Below, piece by piece: positions 62,390-64,000 of a stretch of 64,000 bases of DNA (its first letter is position 1; each line of letters opens with the position of its first letter). Both the position numbers and the translations under genes were made by a program. Source of the DNA: Parachlamydiales bacterium (GTDB lineage: Bacteria; Chlamydiota; Chlamydiia; Chlamydiales; JAJFMK01); the NCBI GenBank assembly GCA_963765145.1, contig CAVXVG010000026.1, positions 1 through 64,000 on the forward strand, given 5' to 3'. Below the pieces are notes generated by a model. That model searched no databases. It was not told the origin of the DNA and worked only from the letters and a program-made list of their open reading frames with translations.

Positions 62390-63475
62390 TTAGATGAGGT
62401 CGACGGCGAGTTCGTCGAAGAGGAGGATCCCTTTTAGGGTGAGTTTGGCCCCTTTTTCTATGAGGCCGAGGGACTCTAGTTTTTGTAAGGTTTTGAAGGT
62501 GCGGGAGGGGAGTTGACCCCATCTTTTTTGAAAAGAGGGGAGGTCGACCCCGTCAAGCCATCGGAGATGGACGACAAAAAGTTCGAGCAATCTGTCCTCT
62601 GCAGGTAGGCGATCTTCTAATTCAATTGGCTTTTCTCCTTTCTCCAACGCTTGGCTCCATTTGCTCAAGTTGGAAAAATTTTGCCTCCGGACACCATCTA
62701 AAAAGCTGAAGCTGGAGGGGCCAATCCCATAAAACTCCCTTCCAAGCCAATATCCAGAGTTGTGGATGGCTCTGAAACCCTTCAGAGCAAATGCAGAAAT
62801 TTCGTAGTGCTCGAATCCTGCTTCTTGAAGGCGCTCTCTAACATATAAAAATTGCTCTTCACTTACTTTTGGCGTGGGTCTCATTTTTTCCAAAGCCTCT
62901 TTTCGTTTATAGAAAAGGGTGTGTGGCTCTATGGTGAGGTTATAAAGAGATAAATGGGTGAAGGGGAGGGTGAGTAGGCGATCTAAACTCCTTTTTAAGC
63001 TGTCGAAAGTCTGTCCGGGAACATCGTACATTAAATCGATGGAGACATTCTCAAAACCAACATCGGCCAGAGTGTAAAGAAGCGTTTCGACACGGTCCGG
63101 AACGTGTTCTCGACCAAGTAGGATCAATTCTTCTTTTTGCAAGCTTTGCACGCCCACGCTGCAACGATTGATTCCAGCTTTTTTAAAAGCCTTTAGCTTT
63201 TCTTTCGTTATTTCTTCAGGGTTGATCTCTAAAGTCACCTCTTGAGGCTTAGAAAAGAGAAGTTGTTCAACCCATTCTGGAGGCATTAAGGAGGGGGTTC
63301 CTCCTCCAAAATAGACTGTTATTGGATCTGTAATTGTGTAAAGAGAAAGCTCTTGTTTTACCCCTTTTAGCCAAATTTCTTCTCCCTTCTGGTTTTCGGG
63401 GAGGACAAAAAAATGGCAGTAGGGACACTTTTTTTTACAAAAGGGGTAATGGATATATAACGATTTACCACTCAT
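62390..63475 (-). CDS. hemW: Radical SAM heme chaperone HemW (HemN-like); start at MSGKSLYIH
   Basis: SLYIHYPFCKKKCPYCHF, YFGGGTPS, HYEISAFA, HNSGYW. Confidence 0.9.
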   Translation of the reverse strand: MSGKSLYIHYPFCKKKCPYCHFFVLPENQKGEEIWLKGVKQELSLYTITDPITVYFGGGTPSLMPPEWVEQLLFSKPQEVTLEINPEEITKEKLKAFKKAGINRCSVGVQSLQKEELILLGREHVPDRVETLLYTLADVGFENVSIDLMYDVPGQTFDSLKRSLDRLLTLPFTHLSLYNLTIEPHTLFYKRKEALEKMRPTPKVSEEQFLYVRERLQEAGFEHYEISAFALKGFRAIHNSGYWLGREFYGIGPSSFSFLDGVRRQNFSNLSKWSQALEKGEKPIELEDRLPAEDRLLELFVVHLRWLDGVDLPSFQKRWGQLPSRTFKTLQKLESLGLIEKGAKLTLKGILLFDELAVDLI

Positions 63476-63956
63476 CGGCGTCGGGGTCAACAATGCCCCC
63501 GCGGCGCCAGCGGTTTCGGTCGGAGAAGTAAGATTCTTCATCTTCTTCTTCCTCTTCTTCCTCTTCGCCCTCTTCTTCCCCTTCTGCTTCAGCGTCTCCT
63601 TCAGAGTCGTCGTCTCTTTCGCTACCCGAAGATTCAAACCCTATAGAGCTTTCTGAATCGAATTGGCTTTCTGAGCCGTTGATCGAATCGCCCATGTCGA
63701 TATCTGGAATCGAAGGCATATCTGTAAAAGAACGATTTTGTGCCTTTTTAGGGGTGGTGTACTCTTCAATATCGCCACTTTCACGAAGGAATTGAAGGCG
63801 CTCTTTTTCCTCTTCAATTTTTTGTCGGAGTTGCCCGATTTCTTCTGTGTGTTTGACAATATCTTTTTTTGGAACAAGGCCTAATTTTAGCCATTGTTCT
63901 AAGTCACCCAGCTCGCTTTCTAACTTTTTGAGCCGTTCGCTCTTCACATGTTTCAT
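63465..63956 (-). CDS. Chlamydiae-specific CT053-like protein
   Basis: KSERLKKLESEL..L.QW..LGLVPKK and FSDRNRWRRGGIVDPDADEW recalled from Chlamydia CT053, which also lies next to a hemN-like gene. Confidence 0.8.
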   Translation of the reverse strand: MKHVKSERLKKLESELGDLEQWLKLGLVPKKDIVKHTEEIGQLRQKIEEEKERLQFLRESGDIEEYTTPKKAQNRSFTDMPSIPDIDMGDSINGSESQFDSESSIGFESSGSERDDDSEGDAEAEGEEEGEEEEEEEEDEESYFSDRNRWRRGGIVDPDADEW

Positions 63957-64000
63957 TCGTTCATCCGCAAATTTCGCGACGATTTTTCTCTCTTTGTCGC

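Noticed and set aside
57817..62596. Diversity-generating retroelement template/variable repeat pair
   Set aside because: No reverse transcriptase is in the window, the differences are not adenine-specific, and the target is a housekeeping gene.
63476..63637. Lys/Arg-rich N-terminal extension of HemW
   Set aside because: It is an alternate-frame reading of the acidic tract of the CT053-like gene; HemW homology starts at ATG 63475.

Overview
The window joins DNA from two organisms. Bases 1-1573 are the end of a spirotrich-ciliate macronuclear nanochromosome: a NOP2 gene in the TAA/TAG=Gln code with three tiny introns, capped by a G4T4 telomere. This is most likely a chimeric join. Bases 1574-64000 are an environmental Chlamydiae chromosome, anchored by a CT053-like gene overlapping hemW. 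The bacterial part holds a 9.1-kb phage-satellite-like element inserted in tRNA-Met (50-bp att repeats, integrase, DUF927 helicase, iteron-rich ori, primase, TerS-like protein, effector-like cargo). It also holds tRNA-Met and tRNA-fMet, a TauE pair, four giant autotransporters, and an apparently circularly permuted, signal-peptide-bearing Rhs protein with an internal papain-like payload. Further along are a scattered arginine succinyltransferase pathway, a BTB-LRR effector and a TIR-NB-ARC-TIR-NB-ARC-TPR protein. Three cargo cassettes each sit between an intact gene and a partial duplicate of that gene, with no recombinase nearby. Four +1 frameshifts probably reflect sequencing error. All family calls come from motif recognition by eye, not database searches.
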